In this document: positions 37,101 through 49,723 of the stretch, piece after piece
How the letters are laid out: each line of letters opens with the position of its first letter
Position numbering within the stretch: position 1 is the first letter of the stretch
Assembly (NCBI GenBank): GCA_037379345.1
Contig: CM074520.1
Span: forward strand, 2,356,001 to 2,420,000
Reading direction: 5' to 3'
DNA from: Perna viridis
Taxonomy: Eukaryota
Length of the DNA stretch: 64,000 nucleotides
The notes under the pieces: generated by a model
Databases searched by the model: none
What the model was told of the DNA's origin: nothing
The model's input: the letters and a program-made list of their open reading frames with translations, nothing else
Program-made: the position numbers and the translations under genes

Positions 37101-40034
37101 GGCTAAAAGGAAGATACATGCACTTATCTGAGTAAAAATTCAATTTATTGGAAGCAATATTTTTATATTCTTTAACATATCACATCAGTATAAAGATAGG
37201 ACATACAGCGATGTAAATAAACAGTACAAACACATACATACATAGAGCACTAAAAGAAAACTGATGTTTCTCAAATTAATTTTGATAGTTTTGGTTTTGA
37301 GTACTTCTTGTTGGTTTTGAATACTTCTTGTATACATTAATTCTGGAATTTTAGGTCTTGCTATATATTTCATTCGAATGCTTCTGATGGGAGGTTACTT
37401 CTTGAAACACATGTACAGCATATTGAAATTTGCAATAGATATGATTGGTATTATTGTATCCATTATTTTCAATATCAACTAAATGTCTAAAACATGACAC
37501 TTGCTGATTATGTAAAGATATGTTGGTTACACCAAAGGAAGTTCTATTTAAATAATGAGTTTAGTAAGGATGAAGGAATTTTCATGGGTCATCCTCAACT
37601 GGTTAAATGACCCCAGAGGGGCACATAAATAATGTCATCCTCCCATAAGAAGATAAATCTGCCTAGACTAAGACACTTAATGGCAAGTTTATCTCTAAAT
37701 ACCAGGTTTTAATTGAGATGTGAATGCACTTATAGGGCATCAGTTTGCCAATAAAAATTTCAATATCCATTGTGACTATTAGCCCAGGTGTTGTTATAAT
37801 TTGTAACATTCTTCCAATTACCACTATTTCAAGGTTCAAGAAAATAACTTTTAACACAATGGTACCTAGGATTTAAACATCTTAAAGACTGGGATTGATT
37901 TTGAGACTTATTTTTTTTCTGACACAGTGATAATTGAAATACAGTTAAAATTTTGCATCAGCTAAACCATAGAAAGGATGACCTGATTTAAAAGTAATTC
38001 TATTCAATAATGCAAGAAAGACTCTTATTATTCTTCCCTAGAATAGTTTGATTAAGCTTTACTGAAAAAGTTACATAACTGATGTTGTGGGCGTTATTGC
38101 ATCAACTCTTAAATAAGAACAGATCTACCACCTAAAGATATCTTTTTTCATTAAAAAAAAAAGTAAAGATAAGACCCTGAATTAGTTCTGTAGAATGAAG
38201 CCATGAAGTTATGGTTCAATTTAAAGTGTCTTGGACATAAGACCATAATTTATTGGCTAAAAGATAAACTAATCAGCTCTGTCTACTTAATATACAATAT
38301 ACATGTACAATGCTCAGAGATTTTAACAATGCAAAAGACTTGGTTCCTTTGTATTGTTTTCCTATCAGAATTGAATGGTTGCTTTACATCTGAAATCACC
38401 ATACATTGATGGTTCCTTAGCTGTCATTTGAGATTCATAGTTCTCCAATATTGAAAGTAAAAAAAAACCACAAAACACTCAGATATCCTAACACCACTGA
38501 ACATTTTCTCAGCCTTCAGAGAAGAAGACACTATGATATCAGACAGGAAGTGAGCCATTCAGTCTACAGGAAGTAATATAGCACTAATTATACACCAGTA
38601 GGGACAGAAAGAAGGACAGACAAACCAAAGAGAAATATGCCATCTAAATGGTAACAGAACAGGAAATAGCAACAATAATACAGCCATTAAATAATCATTC
38701 TTCCATATTGTTCATGTTGACAAGAAACATTTGGACTTTCATGACTTTGTGTTAGGGAAAATGGGTAACAGGATAAAACTATAATGTGAAAAAACATCCA
38801 TTAACTACTGTGAATTCAAAAATAGCACCAACAAATAAATACAGACTGAAAACAACTTACAATAAAACTGAATGATGAAATAAAAATATTACTGCCAAAA
38901 CAGAATGTATCTTTAGGATATAGGTTTTTATTTGTATCAATATAAAGAGAATGGATATGGTATGTCAGAGAGACAACATGACAGGAATGAAAATTGTCAG
39001 CTCAAGGCCACAAATTAGTCTTCGTGAACAAGGAGGAAATCCTCATACCATGTGGTCCCCAATACGACACACAGGTACAGCGAAATAGTTATTTCTATAG
39101 ACTCCTAAAACATAAAAAGTAAACTGAATATGCCACTAAATAGAGGGAAAGACAACAGTTTGATATAAAGAGCAACTTACTACTTGGGTAACACAAAGAA
39201 TGACATCAAACTTTGAACAATCAGACAGCATAAATTTGTTCCAAAAGTTCATGATGTTAGTGTGTTGCAAGTTTACTGAGGGTATGATTGACTACAAAAG
39301 CTTCAGTACTTTCTGTTCCATGAGACACCATATTCCCCAAAACAACATGTCAATTAATGCACCCAACTTTTTTGTAAAGAATTCGAATTATTAGCAACCT
39401 AAAACAAGTTAAACTGCCTGAAGTTAGCAGTGATGCAAAATTAATATGATTTAGAAAACAGCTAAAAAACAAACTCTGCCATTTAATAGAACAATTCAAC
39501 TCATCACCCTCCCTCCCCCAGCAAATGAACATCATTTTCCCATCAGCAAGATTGAGCTGTCAACCTTCCAAGTTCTCACATAAAAAATGTTCTATTAAAG
39601 ACTTTGAACTTTTCAGAACCTGCAGGAAGCAAAATAAATGAAATTGTTATGATTACTCATTAATTGGGTAGCAACAGTTTCCAGATACCAAATTTAACAT
39701 GGATCAAGACATTGGGAAGCAGAAATCTGGTGGATATAATACAATACTTCACACATTGATGAGTTCTCAACGGAAAGGTTAGCCTAAACAAAAGTGCTGG
39801 TAGAAAATCTTTGTCTACATGTACAACAAACATATGCAAGTAACATATCTGGGGGAAAATGTGTTGCAGATTTATATTTGAATTGAGCAAATTGCTAATG
39901 TTTACGACAAGTACTGCAAACATGATTTACTGTTTGACTGCCTAAGTAAAATATATTCTTTCCTTTTACAGTGCTTCAATGATGATTTTCAGGGGAAAGA
40001 GATAGTATTGATTAGTAATAATTATACAACAATC

Positions 40035-40164
40035 ACCTGACGTAGTTCCTAAGGTAGTTGACTGGACAATTAAGAAGGAGATTTTAATTCTCTATCAATA
40101 TCTGTTGAATTTTCAGATCTCCTTCTCAATTGTCCAGTCTGCTACTGAAGGAAGTTCATCGGGT
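40035..40164. mobile_element. Degenerate fold-back element or long hairpin
   Basis: GACTGGACAATTAAGAAGGAGAT pairs with ATCTCCTTCTCAATTGTCCAGTC (1 mismatch); pairing extends imperfectly to about 55 bp. Confidence 0.65.
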
Positions 40165-41310
40165 CATAGAACCAAGGACAGACCAACTCTATCTCCTCAA
40201 CATCATTATTGTGTGTGCTATAACAAGTAATTTTATGGTTAAAAGAAATGAACTGTACTCAACTTAATCTGCCTCATTAGTTTGTATGCACCAATACATA
40301 AGGCAAGAAATGTAACATTTGTCATTTTTGATCAAAATTCTCTTAAATTATTTCTGAACATTGACTACATATACTGAGTGAACAATGACATTCTTGTGGT
40401 TTTATTATAATTGCACATAATTCGCTTCAATGGCAAATTTTACATCACAATAGGAAGTCAAACAAAACAATTTCTATTTGAAGTATTAATTAAAAAGGAA
40501 AATCTTGCAAAATTAGGGAGGAATTCAACATATCAAATTGATAACTAAACTTTTGGTTGGATCTACACCCTGAAAATAACTACCAATATAAGGGGACAAC
40601 TGATATTGATCACAATTGAGGGGGTGGAGGGTGCTAAGATAATTTTTTGTTTTGGATCAAAATATTTATGTCCCCCATAATTGTTTGGACCGAAGTGATT
40701 TAAACTAATAAAAAAATCTGTTCATCCATCTTACAGATCAAGACAGTTCATAATTCTTCCTAACCCTCCTTCAAGTTTATATTTTCATCCCCTTAAAGAC
40801 CTTGGCAGTATTAATTTTAAATACTTGCGACAAGGCTAATAGGGTTGCCAAGTATTTTTATCAAGTTTTAACAGAATCTGGCATGTAAATTGATCGCTCT
40901 TCCCAAAATATTAGCAATTGAATAAATGTATAAAACACTGCAATTCTCTATTTCATGGTTAGGAAAAAACATTCATAAAAATATCAAATTCATATAAAAA
41001 AGGACACACATAGTCAATAAACGCCTTATTAAAAAAATTCAAGTGTTCAACACCAGGTTTATATTTCATTATAACTGTAGCTGAATCCAACATCAAAAGT
41101 GCAATTGATATTTAATTTCTCCAGTATATGTAGAACCCATCAAACACCTGTTTGTGAACAGGTTTTCTCCATATAAAATAATTCAACAGATAGATGATGC
41201 ATAGTGGTTCTTTATAGATTTTATTGTTAAACTGATCAATTTACCAAGTGCTCTGTCTGATTTTCAATTGCATTTGAAGATAAATAAAAATACTAAGATA
41301 GATTTTTATT

Positions 41311-41331
41311 AAAAAAAAAAAAAAAAAAAAA
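41311..41331. repeat. Poly(A) run, 21 nt
   Basis: Direct reading. Confidence 0.9.
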
Positions 41332-42048
41332 GTGAGATTATTATATATTACTTTGATTCTGTAAACTTTCTGCTACATTTAAAGCCAAAAATATCCAGCA
41401 AAGTCTTCATAATGAGCTAATAGTAGAAGGAAATCTGTTTGGACTTGTTTTCTTTTTATAGCAATCATTAGAATTGGTCACCTACAGCTTGGTTACACTT
41501 GAGGAAAGGAATACACTACTCACAGATGAAAACTATATTAAAACATCATTTAAAAAAGCAAGTAATAATAATATGAACACTAACAAATGCATGGAATGCT
41601 GTAGTGATTAAAAATACAAAATTTTGAATTGGTAGAGCCCATAATATATTTCTGAAGCATACAAAAAAAAAAAACCAAGCTTCATAAAATTAAGTTTTCT
41701 GTAGTAGTGTAAGAGGAGTAACCGTCCCCTGGGTAGCACATATATGGCTGGAATGACGCAGTCAATCTATCACTATATACCTGCTCTTCAGAAGTAGAAG
41801 GTACAATAAAGCTATTCAGTTCATTGTACATAAATTTACAACATATTTCATTGATCTGTTGCTAATAATAAAATAACATGTACTGGTAGATTAATCCCAT
41901 TCTTCACAGTACATGTACTGGTAGATGTTTATTTTACCTATCAATGCATTACTTAAAATAGAAAAAGTTACATAACTTTTCTAATGTTAATTCATCTTCA
42001 ATCAAGACAAAAAGGACCACAAATAAATAATAAATACCATCTACTTAC

Positions 42049-42250
42049 CATCAACTGTGAATAAATTTGTACCCTGATAACTCCAGTTACTTCTGTCACA
42101 TGTTATTTAAAATCCAACAAGTTAAATAAATATTCCTTGTGCACTGTAACTTAATATAAAAAGTTTCACACATTAAAATCCATCACCAGAAATTAATTTA
42201 ACAATCAGCAGCTCATACTTTAAAACTGTCAGATATAATTTCCGCCAAAC
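42049..42250 (-). other. Candidate non-coding 5'-UTR exon of the teneurin gene
   Basis: Strong acceptor (tatttctattttgcAG|G) and strong donor (TG|GTAAGTA) bound 202 nt in the gene's orientation. The first coding exon begins with an acceptor, so an upstream exon must exist. Confidence 0.5.
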
Positions 42251-43074
42251 CTGCAAAATAGAAATATGAGAATATTAAAAACAGACCAGTATTGTAACAG
42301 AGAAGAGAGTACACAAAACAGAAGTAATGCTCATCAACCTGCATCAGTAACCAATCAAATGTTTGATTACATCATATGACCTTTACCCTCACCAAATGTC
42401 TTCTGCAGCTGAGGACAATATGATTGACATTCCAGGGCTATAAAGTGGAGACAACTCTTGTTAAGTGTAAAAGATAAGGGATTTGATAGATTTATGATAC
42501 CCATTACACAGTATATCAGAAATGCACTAAGTTGGCTGCAGTAAATCTACAGACTAATGTGCAAGTTCATTATTTGTTATGAAATTATATTGCATGTTTA
42601 CATGAAAGTCTACATATACTATTAATTATACATCATCATAAATGTATCATCATTCTATTTTATGCTATTGGAGGAGTAATTTCTGTTTATTCTATTTACT
42701 TCAAAAGTATTTCTTAATGCTACAGACCAAGTTGCCATAGAATGTATCACAACTGATACTTAATTAAGGTTGATTCAAACTTAACTAATGAAAAATGGAT
42801 ACAGAAAAAAACCAGACATTTGTTTATTTCTCAAGTCAATACAACTATTGAACTGTAGTTACCTTCTGATAACTAAGTCAAACACAACTCAACTGTATAA
42901 CTGAGAAAAATATCATGGCACCATAGTTAACTAGATTATTTGTTATTTCAGGGAGCTGGGTGCCAGAATTCTCAGTCTGACTGATAGCTGGTAGATAAAT
43001 ACTAACCAGTAATTATAGTAGAGATATGACAAGTATGTTGTGTAACCATAAACCTCATCAGTTACTCTGTTAAT

Positions 43075-43537
43075 GAGAGGTTGGTGATTCCTGTTCACTT
43101 AGGAGAGGTTTTAGTGACTCCTCTTCACTTGAGAGAGGCACTGATGACTCCTATTTACTGAGGAGAGAGGATGGTGACTCCTGTACACTTAGGAGAGGTT
43201 TTAGTGACTCCTTTTCACTTGAGAGAGGCGTTGATGACTCCTATTTACTGAGGAGAGGGGTTGGTGACTCCTGTCACTTAGAGAGGTTTTAGTGACTCAT
43301 GTTCACTTGAGAGAGGCGTTGATGACTACTTTTTACTCAGGAGAGGGGTTGGTGACTCCTGTTCACTTAGGAGAGGTTTTAGTGACTCCTGTTCACTTGA
43401 GAGAGGCGTTGATGACTCCTTTTTACTGAGGAGAGGGGTTGGTGACTCCTGTACACTTATTGGAGGTTTTAGTGACTCCTGTTCACTTGAGAGAGGTGCA
43501 GATGACCCCTTTTTTCTGAGGAGAGGGGTTGGTGATT
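43075..43537. repeat. Minisatellite of 30-bp monomers arranged as a 90-bp trimer, about 5 trimers
   Basis: Monomers start GAGAGGGGTTGGTGACTCC, GAGAGGTTTTAGTGACTCC and GAGAGGCGTTGATGACTCC and recur in fixed A-B-C order. Confidence 0.93.
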
Positions 43538-45733
43538 TCTTGTTTATAGAGTATTTTACACATTCTCTACAAAGTCTGGTCATTATTAGACAGAGAAAGC
43601 CAGGACTCTATCTTCATGCATATCATCTTCAGTTTTAATAGATCACATCAAAAATTTTGAAACTTTATGATATTGATTGAGAAGTTACTCCATAAAAGCA
43701 CATAGTTTATCAATAATAACAAACACAGCATAAGGAGCTCTATGGTAACATGCATGTACAAGTATTCAGGGTGCAGAATGATGAGAACAAAAAATTATCC
43801 TCCATAAGTGATATGTCGGGAGAATAGGTAAAATAGCAAAATTAACTTTTTTTAGAATTAAAATGATTTATTAAACATATTAAAAATCAACATTACACAG
43901 CAAAAGAGGATTGAAGGTATATTTTAATGATGATTTTATTTCAAATTAATAAAAAAATAGTCAACGTTATCTGCTGACTAAGCATTGCTCATGCACGTAC
44001 CTACAATTATTTGTCAATCAGTGAAACCGAATATTAGTCAAAAAGAAATTCTGTGCTCACTTATAGGCAATGCTAACTCCATATAAGGACTTTACATAAT
44101 AAAGCTAGCAGAATTCCCTCCTAAAACACACACCCATTCATTGACAAATAATATGACCTGATGTCACATTTTATTGAAGTTAGAAGAAAAAAGAATAATT
44201 ATAACTACGTTAAAAGAATCATCATACCAGCCCTTTTCAAATAATTACTTTTATTTATTTTATTCCTAAACATTGTGGCCTGCCAAAAAAGTGTTTACAA
44301 AATTAAGTCAGAATGTCTTAACCCTACTCTAATTGAAAGCTGATCACATATGCCTCCACTTTTCAGTCAGATTTTGGCAGTAGAAGAGTCAGTTGGAGAA
44401 AGTCAGGTACAACCCTCTGCCAAATTACTGTTATTTTCATACCTAAGATTTACTTTACTTTCAAAGAAAAAGAAAACTGGACAGATTGCAATTTATCAAT
44501 AATAATGCATTTTTGTGGTAAACATTTAGCTTAAAAATAACAAATATTTCTGCAATTTTCACTTTTTAAAGATGAAATGATGAAGAGAGATGTGAGAAAA
44601 ATGTACATTGACAGAAATGATACACTTATAAAAAAAAGATGATTCAGTAAAGTACTAAACTTTAGGGGACAGGTTCTACCATTTAGATATATATTCATAC
44701 TAATGTTTTTGTCAAGGGTTTGAATTTTTATTTTAGAGCGTTCATTAATTGTGTGAAAAAAAGTAAAAACAGATAAGACGCCAATATTTACATACCTAAC
44801 ACCCTGACAACACCCAGGGTGTCATATTACTTTGATAGAAACATATGTACTATACATCTCAGTTTTTTATTGGTATAATCTATAAAACATGACTGCTTTA
44901 TCTGCTATGTATCAATAAATGGCTGTGATAAAGTCTGGCAACCTGGAATCTCTCAAAACACAAATTAGAATAAAAGAATCCTATTGTTAATGTTGTCAGT
45001 CCAATACTTGCTTTTTAATACATTATACCTTGACTATGCAACTGACTTTAAGATTTGGAATTTCCAGTTTTTTCAAATTTAATTGCAGTTTTATTTACTG
45101 GTAAACAGCAAAGTTGATAGAGTTTGAAAGAACAATCTGCGACTTACACAATAGTGCACATCTTGTGTAATCATAAAACATGATTATCAAACAAAGATCT
45201 TAAAGTAATGAAATGGGTGAGCTATGACTTTCATTACTTGTCATGATTATATCTTTACATTATTAAATAGAAGATTGTATTGGTGGGTGAAAAAGTATAG
45301 ATTTACATTTACATTCTCATTTTTTTTGACCCCACTGATTACAGCATGAATTGTAGTGGGAAGCTATAGTACACCTCTAATACAGGAGAAAATATGACTT
45401 CTAAGCATAAAATGATGTTTCTCTTATTACACATTATAAATTTAACCCTAGTTTTGACTGCATGAACTAATGATTGGTCTAATTTTAATTAGACTGCTGC
45501 TCAGCAAATATTTTTTTCATTCCTGAATTTCAAGATTCAGAAATCAGTCCTGTCAATCATAAATGTAATTATAACATTTAACAAGTGTCTTTTCAACATT
45601 TGTACAACAAAATTAATAAGACAAAAGATTTTGACTTTTCATATGCTTGAAAAACAGTGATTATCATTTTATGTAAGTTTGGACCTCAACTTGGTCTTGA
45701 ACTGTGAACTAAAACAGAGAAGAGTCAGCTGTG

Positions 45734-46200
45734 GGTACCAGTATCGTATTGCATATCCCTGAGCAGGTGTACGTCAAAACATGGATGCTATAAAAATATA
45801 GTGCATTTTCTTTCTGCCTCTCTACAAACTAATATTTCGTCAAAAGATATGAACAATGACTTATAAAATAGAGCAAACATCACACTGTAAGATGAAGAAC
45901 TTTTTTAAAAGAAAATCTAACATAATATCATAAAAATGTTCCACTGAAAAGGTTGGTTTGGTGAGTGCAAAACGAAAGTGAAAGTAGGGAAAATGGCTAT
46001 TTATAGTTCGAGACTACTTTTCTGTCCGATCTTCGTGGACTCACCCTATTTTCTTTGCGGGAAATTATTTTTTCACATGTCCTTAGAAATGCTACATAAG
46101 TGAAAGTTTTATTGAATCAATTTACATATTTTTTAAAAAATCCTAAAAATATGCACTTCACTATAGAAGTCTATGGGAAAATTAATACGATACTGAGACC
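45734..46200. repeat. Left long terminal direct repeat (467 bp)
   Basis: No mismatch to 47455-47921 seen by eye. Confidence 0.95.
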
Positions 46201-47454
46201 TAGTAAGCCAGTTTTTCAAGTAAAGTTGGATATTCAGCAAGTGGTCTTTACCAGCTGAAAAAGTAGTACCCCAATGCAGGTAACACTTTTATGATGAATT
46301 AGCCAACTTTTGAACCTGATTTTTTATGGTAGCTCTGGTTTTTTGCATTTATGGTTAATCTTTACCAAATTTGGAAATGCATTTTGTTTTCATGAATTTG
46401 TATAATATCAGTTCAATAAAATTATTATCTTGACTGTTTATGATGAGCATATCTATATTCATGTAACCTAAAGCAAGTAATACTCCTGCATAAAGGATAG
46501 TTTTCAAGTTACAACACATTTTAAGTATGTGGTTAGGACTTGAAAATAGTCATTTTCCATACATTGCCTCTTATATATGAAAAAATGAATATTTTTTTTA
46601 TTTTTTGTTTTTCTTTCAAATAAATAGCTAAAATGAGTTGCCATATAACTGTGTGGTTGATTTAAACACAGAAATGTCACAAAAGTCAACAGCCAATTAT
46701 TTAGTGGACTTTTTTTAGTGGTTCAAATGGACAGATTCTAATGCGGCAAGAAAAATAAAGGTGTTTTTTCATATAAAAACTGAATTTTTTCAAAAAGTAT
46801 CTAAAGCAGACAGTTGTTATTATAATATTTATACCAATAAACTATTTTTCTTGCATCATAGCTATCTGTTTTAAAGAAAAAGTCCTTTTCCTGTCATATT
46901 GAGGTCCTTTTGTATCTGCCTGGGGTACCAAAATGGCTTAAAATCTGTATTTTCTGCATATGAAAAGCTATATTTTTTTAAAACTATGATATTGGTATAA
47001 TTTTTTTTGGATTTATTATAATTGAAATGACCATATCTATAGTTTAAAACAGTTGGTTGTACCAGTCATTATACTTTACTTTAAACAAGAGGCTCCCTTG
47101 AGTTAAAGACAAAAACGGTGGTTCGAATATTAATATTTCCATATATGGAAGTCACAAGTGGGGATTAAATAATGATTTGGAACTCATAGTACAGCTCATG
47201 TATCTACCATGTCAGAATAAACCACAAATTTGCTTAGTTTGACTAATGAAGCAGCTTTTTATCAAAAGTAATATTTTCTGGCTAACACTGAGATATTAGT
47301 CTCATGCCTGGAATAGGGTACCTATATAAAAATTTTAATAGAAAACTCATGTTTATAGCAGGGCAATGATGTTCTGAATTTTCAGTATGAAAATGAATAC
47401 TCTAGCAGAAAAACAACAACTTTTATGATTATATTGAAATGTTTATTAGTAATA

Positions 47455-47921
47455 GGTACCAGTATCGTATTGCATATCCCTGAGCAGGTGTACGTCAAAA
47501 CATGGATGCTATAAAAATATAGTGCATTTTCTTTCTGCCTCTCTACAAACTAATATTTCGTCAAAAGATATGAACAATGACTTATAAAATAGAGCAAACA
47601 TCACACTGTAAGATGAAGAACTTTTTTAAAAGAAAATCTAACATAATATCATAAAAATGTTCCACTGAAAAGGTTGGTTTGGTGAGTGCAAAACGAAAGT
47701 GAAAGTAGGGAAAATGGCTATTTATAGTTCGAGACTACTTTTCTGTCCGATCTTCGTGGACTCACCCTATTTTCTTTGCGGGAAATTATTTTTTCACATG
47801 TCCTTAGAAATGCTACATAAGTGAAAGTTTTATTGAATCAATTTACATATTTTTTAAAAAATCCTAAAAATATGCACTTCACTATAGAAGTCTATGGGAA
47901 AATTAATACGATACTGAGACC
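47455..47921. repeat. Right long terminal direct repeat (467 bp)
   Basis: Copy of 45734-46200. Confidence 0.95.
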
Positions 47922-48443
47922 TGTGGTGGAAAGCATCTGATACACATGTCAACACCACTAATTCAAAAAAGTCACAAGAACTTCTGTATATAAGCAGTAC
48001 ATCAATTTTTGTTTACTTTCGTCAGCTTTAATTACAGTTTAATGATCTTTACAGAGCCGTTGGCTGTCTAAGTCATGTCACAGCCATCTTCTAACGTCAT
48101 AACAAATGTTTCATTCATTAAAAGAAAGTTTACAGCTGCTAGAATGAAAAAAACTTTTTCATTGTTTAAGAGTGCACAGACCTTGTGATTATAACTGAGT
48201 CTGTTGTGTTGTTGCTTTTAACTTTGATATACCAGTAAAACTGGAAAAGACATTTAAAAGACAACTGAGGCACAGACTAAATAGAACATAAGATTATAAT
48301 CTAAGGGGTGTAGCATTCACATGGTCAAAGCAATGGACTTATATCACAAGGTTTCATAGCATTACAGGTTCAGGCCTACAGAAAACAAGATTCTAAGGGG
48401 CCTTAATGGTAGCTCCAGGTTGTTCTAACACAAAGTCTTCTAA

Positions 48444-48731
48444 AACATTTCTCACCCATGACCCTAATGACAATGCCCAAGCATTTCTCACCCATGACCC
48501 TAATGACAATGCCAAGCATTTCTCACCCATGATCCTAATGACAATGTCCAACATTTCTCACCCATGACCCTAATGACAATGCCCAACATTCCTCACCCAT
48601 GTCCCTAATGACAATGCCCAACATTTCTCACCCATGACCCTAATGACAATGCCCAACATTTCTCACCCATGACCCTAATGACAATGCCCAACATTTCTCA
48701 CCCATGATCCTAATGACAATGCCAAGCATTT
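48444..48731. repeat. Minisatellite, 35-bp unit (CATTTCTCACCCATGACCCTAATGACAATGCCCAA), about 8 copies
   Basis: Direct reading. Confidence 0.96.
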
Positions 48732-49334
48732 TCTTGCAAACAAGTGAGATGAACAGAATGATACAGAGATCAAAATTCTATATACATGATCCCTACTTCG
48801 AAAGCACAGCAGACAGACAGACATAATACTAGAAATCCAGATGAACTTAGTCAGTAAGTCCTCAACAGATAAACCCATATACACAATGCAGTATTCCCAT
48901 TCTATTTCAGACTGCCAAAAACAAAATACTCTCTGAGAAACAATACAGTCTTATCAAGCCCCAGTGCATTGAACATTGTTAATTAGAAGTCTGTTAATTA
49001 TATCCTGATATTTCCACTCTTTTTTACATAAAAATCAGTAAGACTTGTCAAATATAATCACCAAAGCTATGTAGTGGAATAGACTTTGATTATCTACCAT
49101 TTCTCAAGGTTTCTTTGTTTATGATACAAGTTTTGGTCTGGTTAGATAAGGCTGCAACTTCACCTTTCATTCTGGTTAACACCAACACTAACTTTAGATA
49201 TGTTTTTATTAATATACAAAAAGGAGATGTGGTATTATCGCCAATGAGACAGTCATCCATCAAAGGCCAAGCAACAAACAATAAATTCTTATATTTACTA
49301 AGCAGAACAATGACTTATGGAATAAAGACTTCAT

Positions 49335-49430
49335 GTTCTTTGTTGTGTATGTCTGTTTTCCATGTCTGGTCTTTGTCCCTGGATTACATTCTTTTGAGTA
49401 CCGCTATAACTTTGGTTCCCTTGATTATTT
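49335..49430 (+). repeat. Fragment of a dispersed repeat, related to 51455-51545
   Basis: Both sites share CTGGTCTTTGT(C/T)CCTGGATT...CTTTTGA...TTGGTTCCCTTGAT. Confidence 0.55.
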
Positions 49431-49542
49431 TTCCACTAAAGTTACATTGAAAATCTTTGAGTACCATAATCTTTATAGTTCTTTCAATTTTGTGGAATTT
49501 GAATTAAAGATACTTTCCTTTTTTCCGTATAGAAGAAGCCTA

Positions 49543-49723
49543 TTAAATAGTGATATGAATTAGAAAAGTTAAATAGTGATATGTATTAGAAAAGTTAAAT
49601 AGTGATATGTATTAGAAAAGTTAAATAGTGATATGTATTAGAAAAGTTAAATAGTGATATGTACTAGAAAAGTTAAATAGTGATATGTATTAGAAAAGTT
49701 AAATAGTGAAATGTATTAGAAAA
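49543..49723. repeat. AT-rich minisatellite, 26-bp unit (TTAAATAGTGATATGTATTAGAAAAG), 7 copies
   Basis: Direct reading. Confidence 0.96.

Larger units (their letters stand above)
45734..47921. mobile_element. Non-autonomous composite-like DNA transposon with long terminal direct repeats (KolobokP-like)
   Basis: 467-bp direct repeats at 45734-46200 and 47455-47921 enclose a 1254-bp non-coding interior. Each repeat has 17-bp TIRs (GGTACCAGTATCGTATT / AATACGATACTGAGACC) and GG...CC ends. TGTG is duplicated at 45730-45733 and 47922-47925. Confidence 0.85.

Noticed and set aside
43326-43583. 85-aa Ser/Pro/Glu repeat ORF in the gene's orientation
   Set aside because: Comes from the 30-bp repeat, is broken by a stop and small deletions, and lies upstream of the in-frame stop that precedes the teneurin ATG.
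45734-47921. LTR retrotransposon (TRIM/LARD)
   Set aside because: Termini are GG...CC with 17-bp TIRs, I see no clear primer-binding site or polypurine tract, and there is no gag/pol remnant. A DNA transposon with terminal direct repeats fits better.
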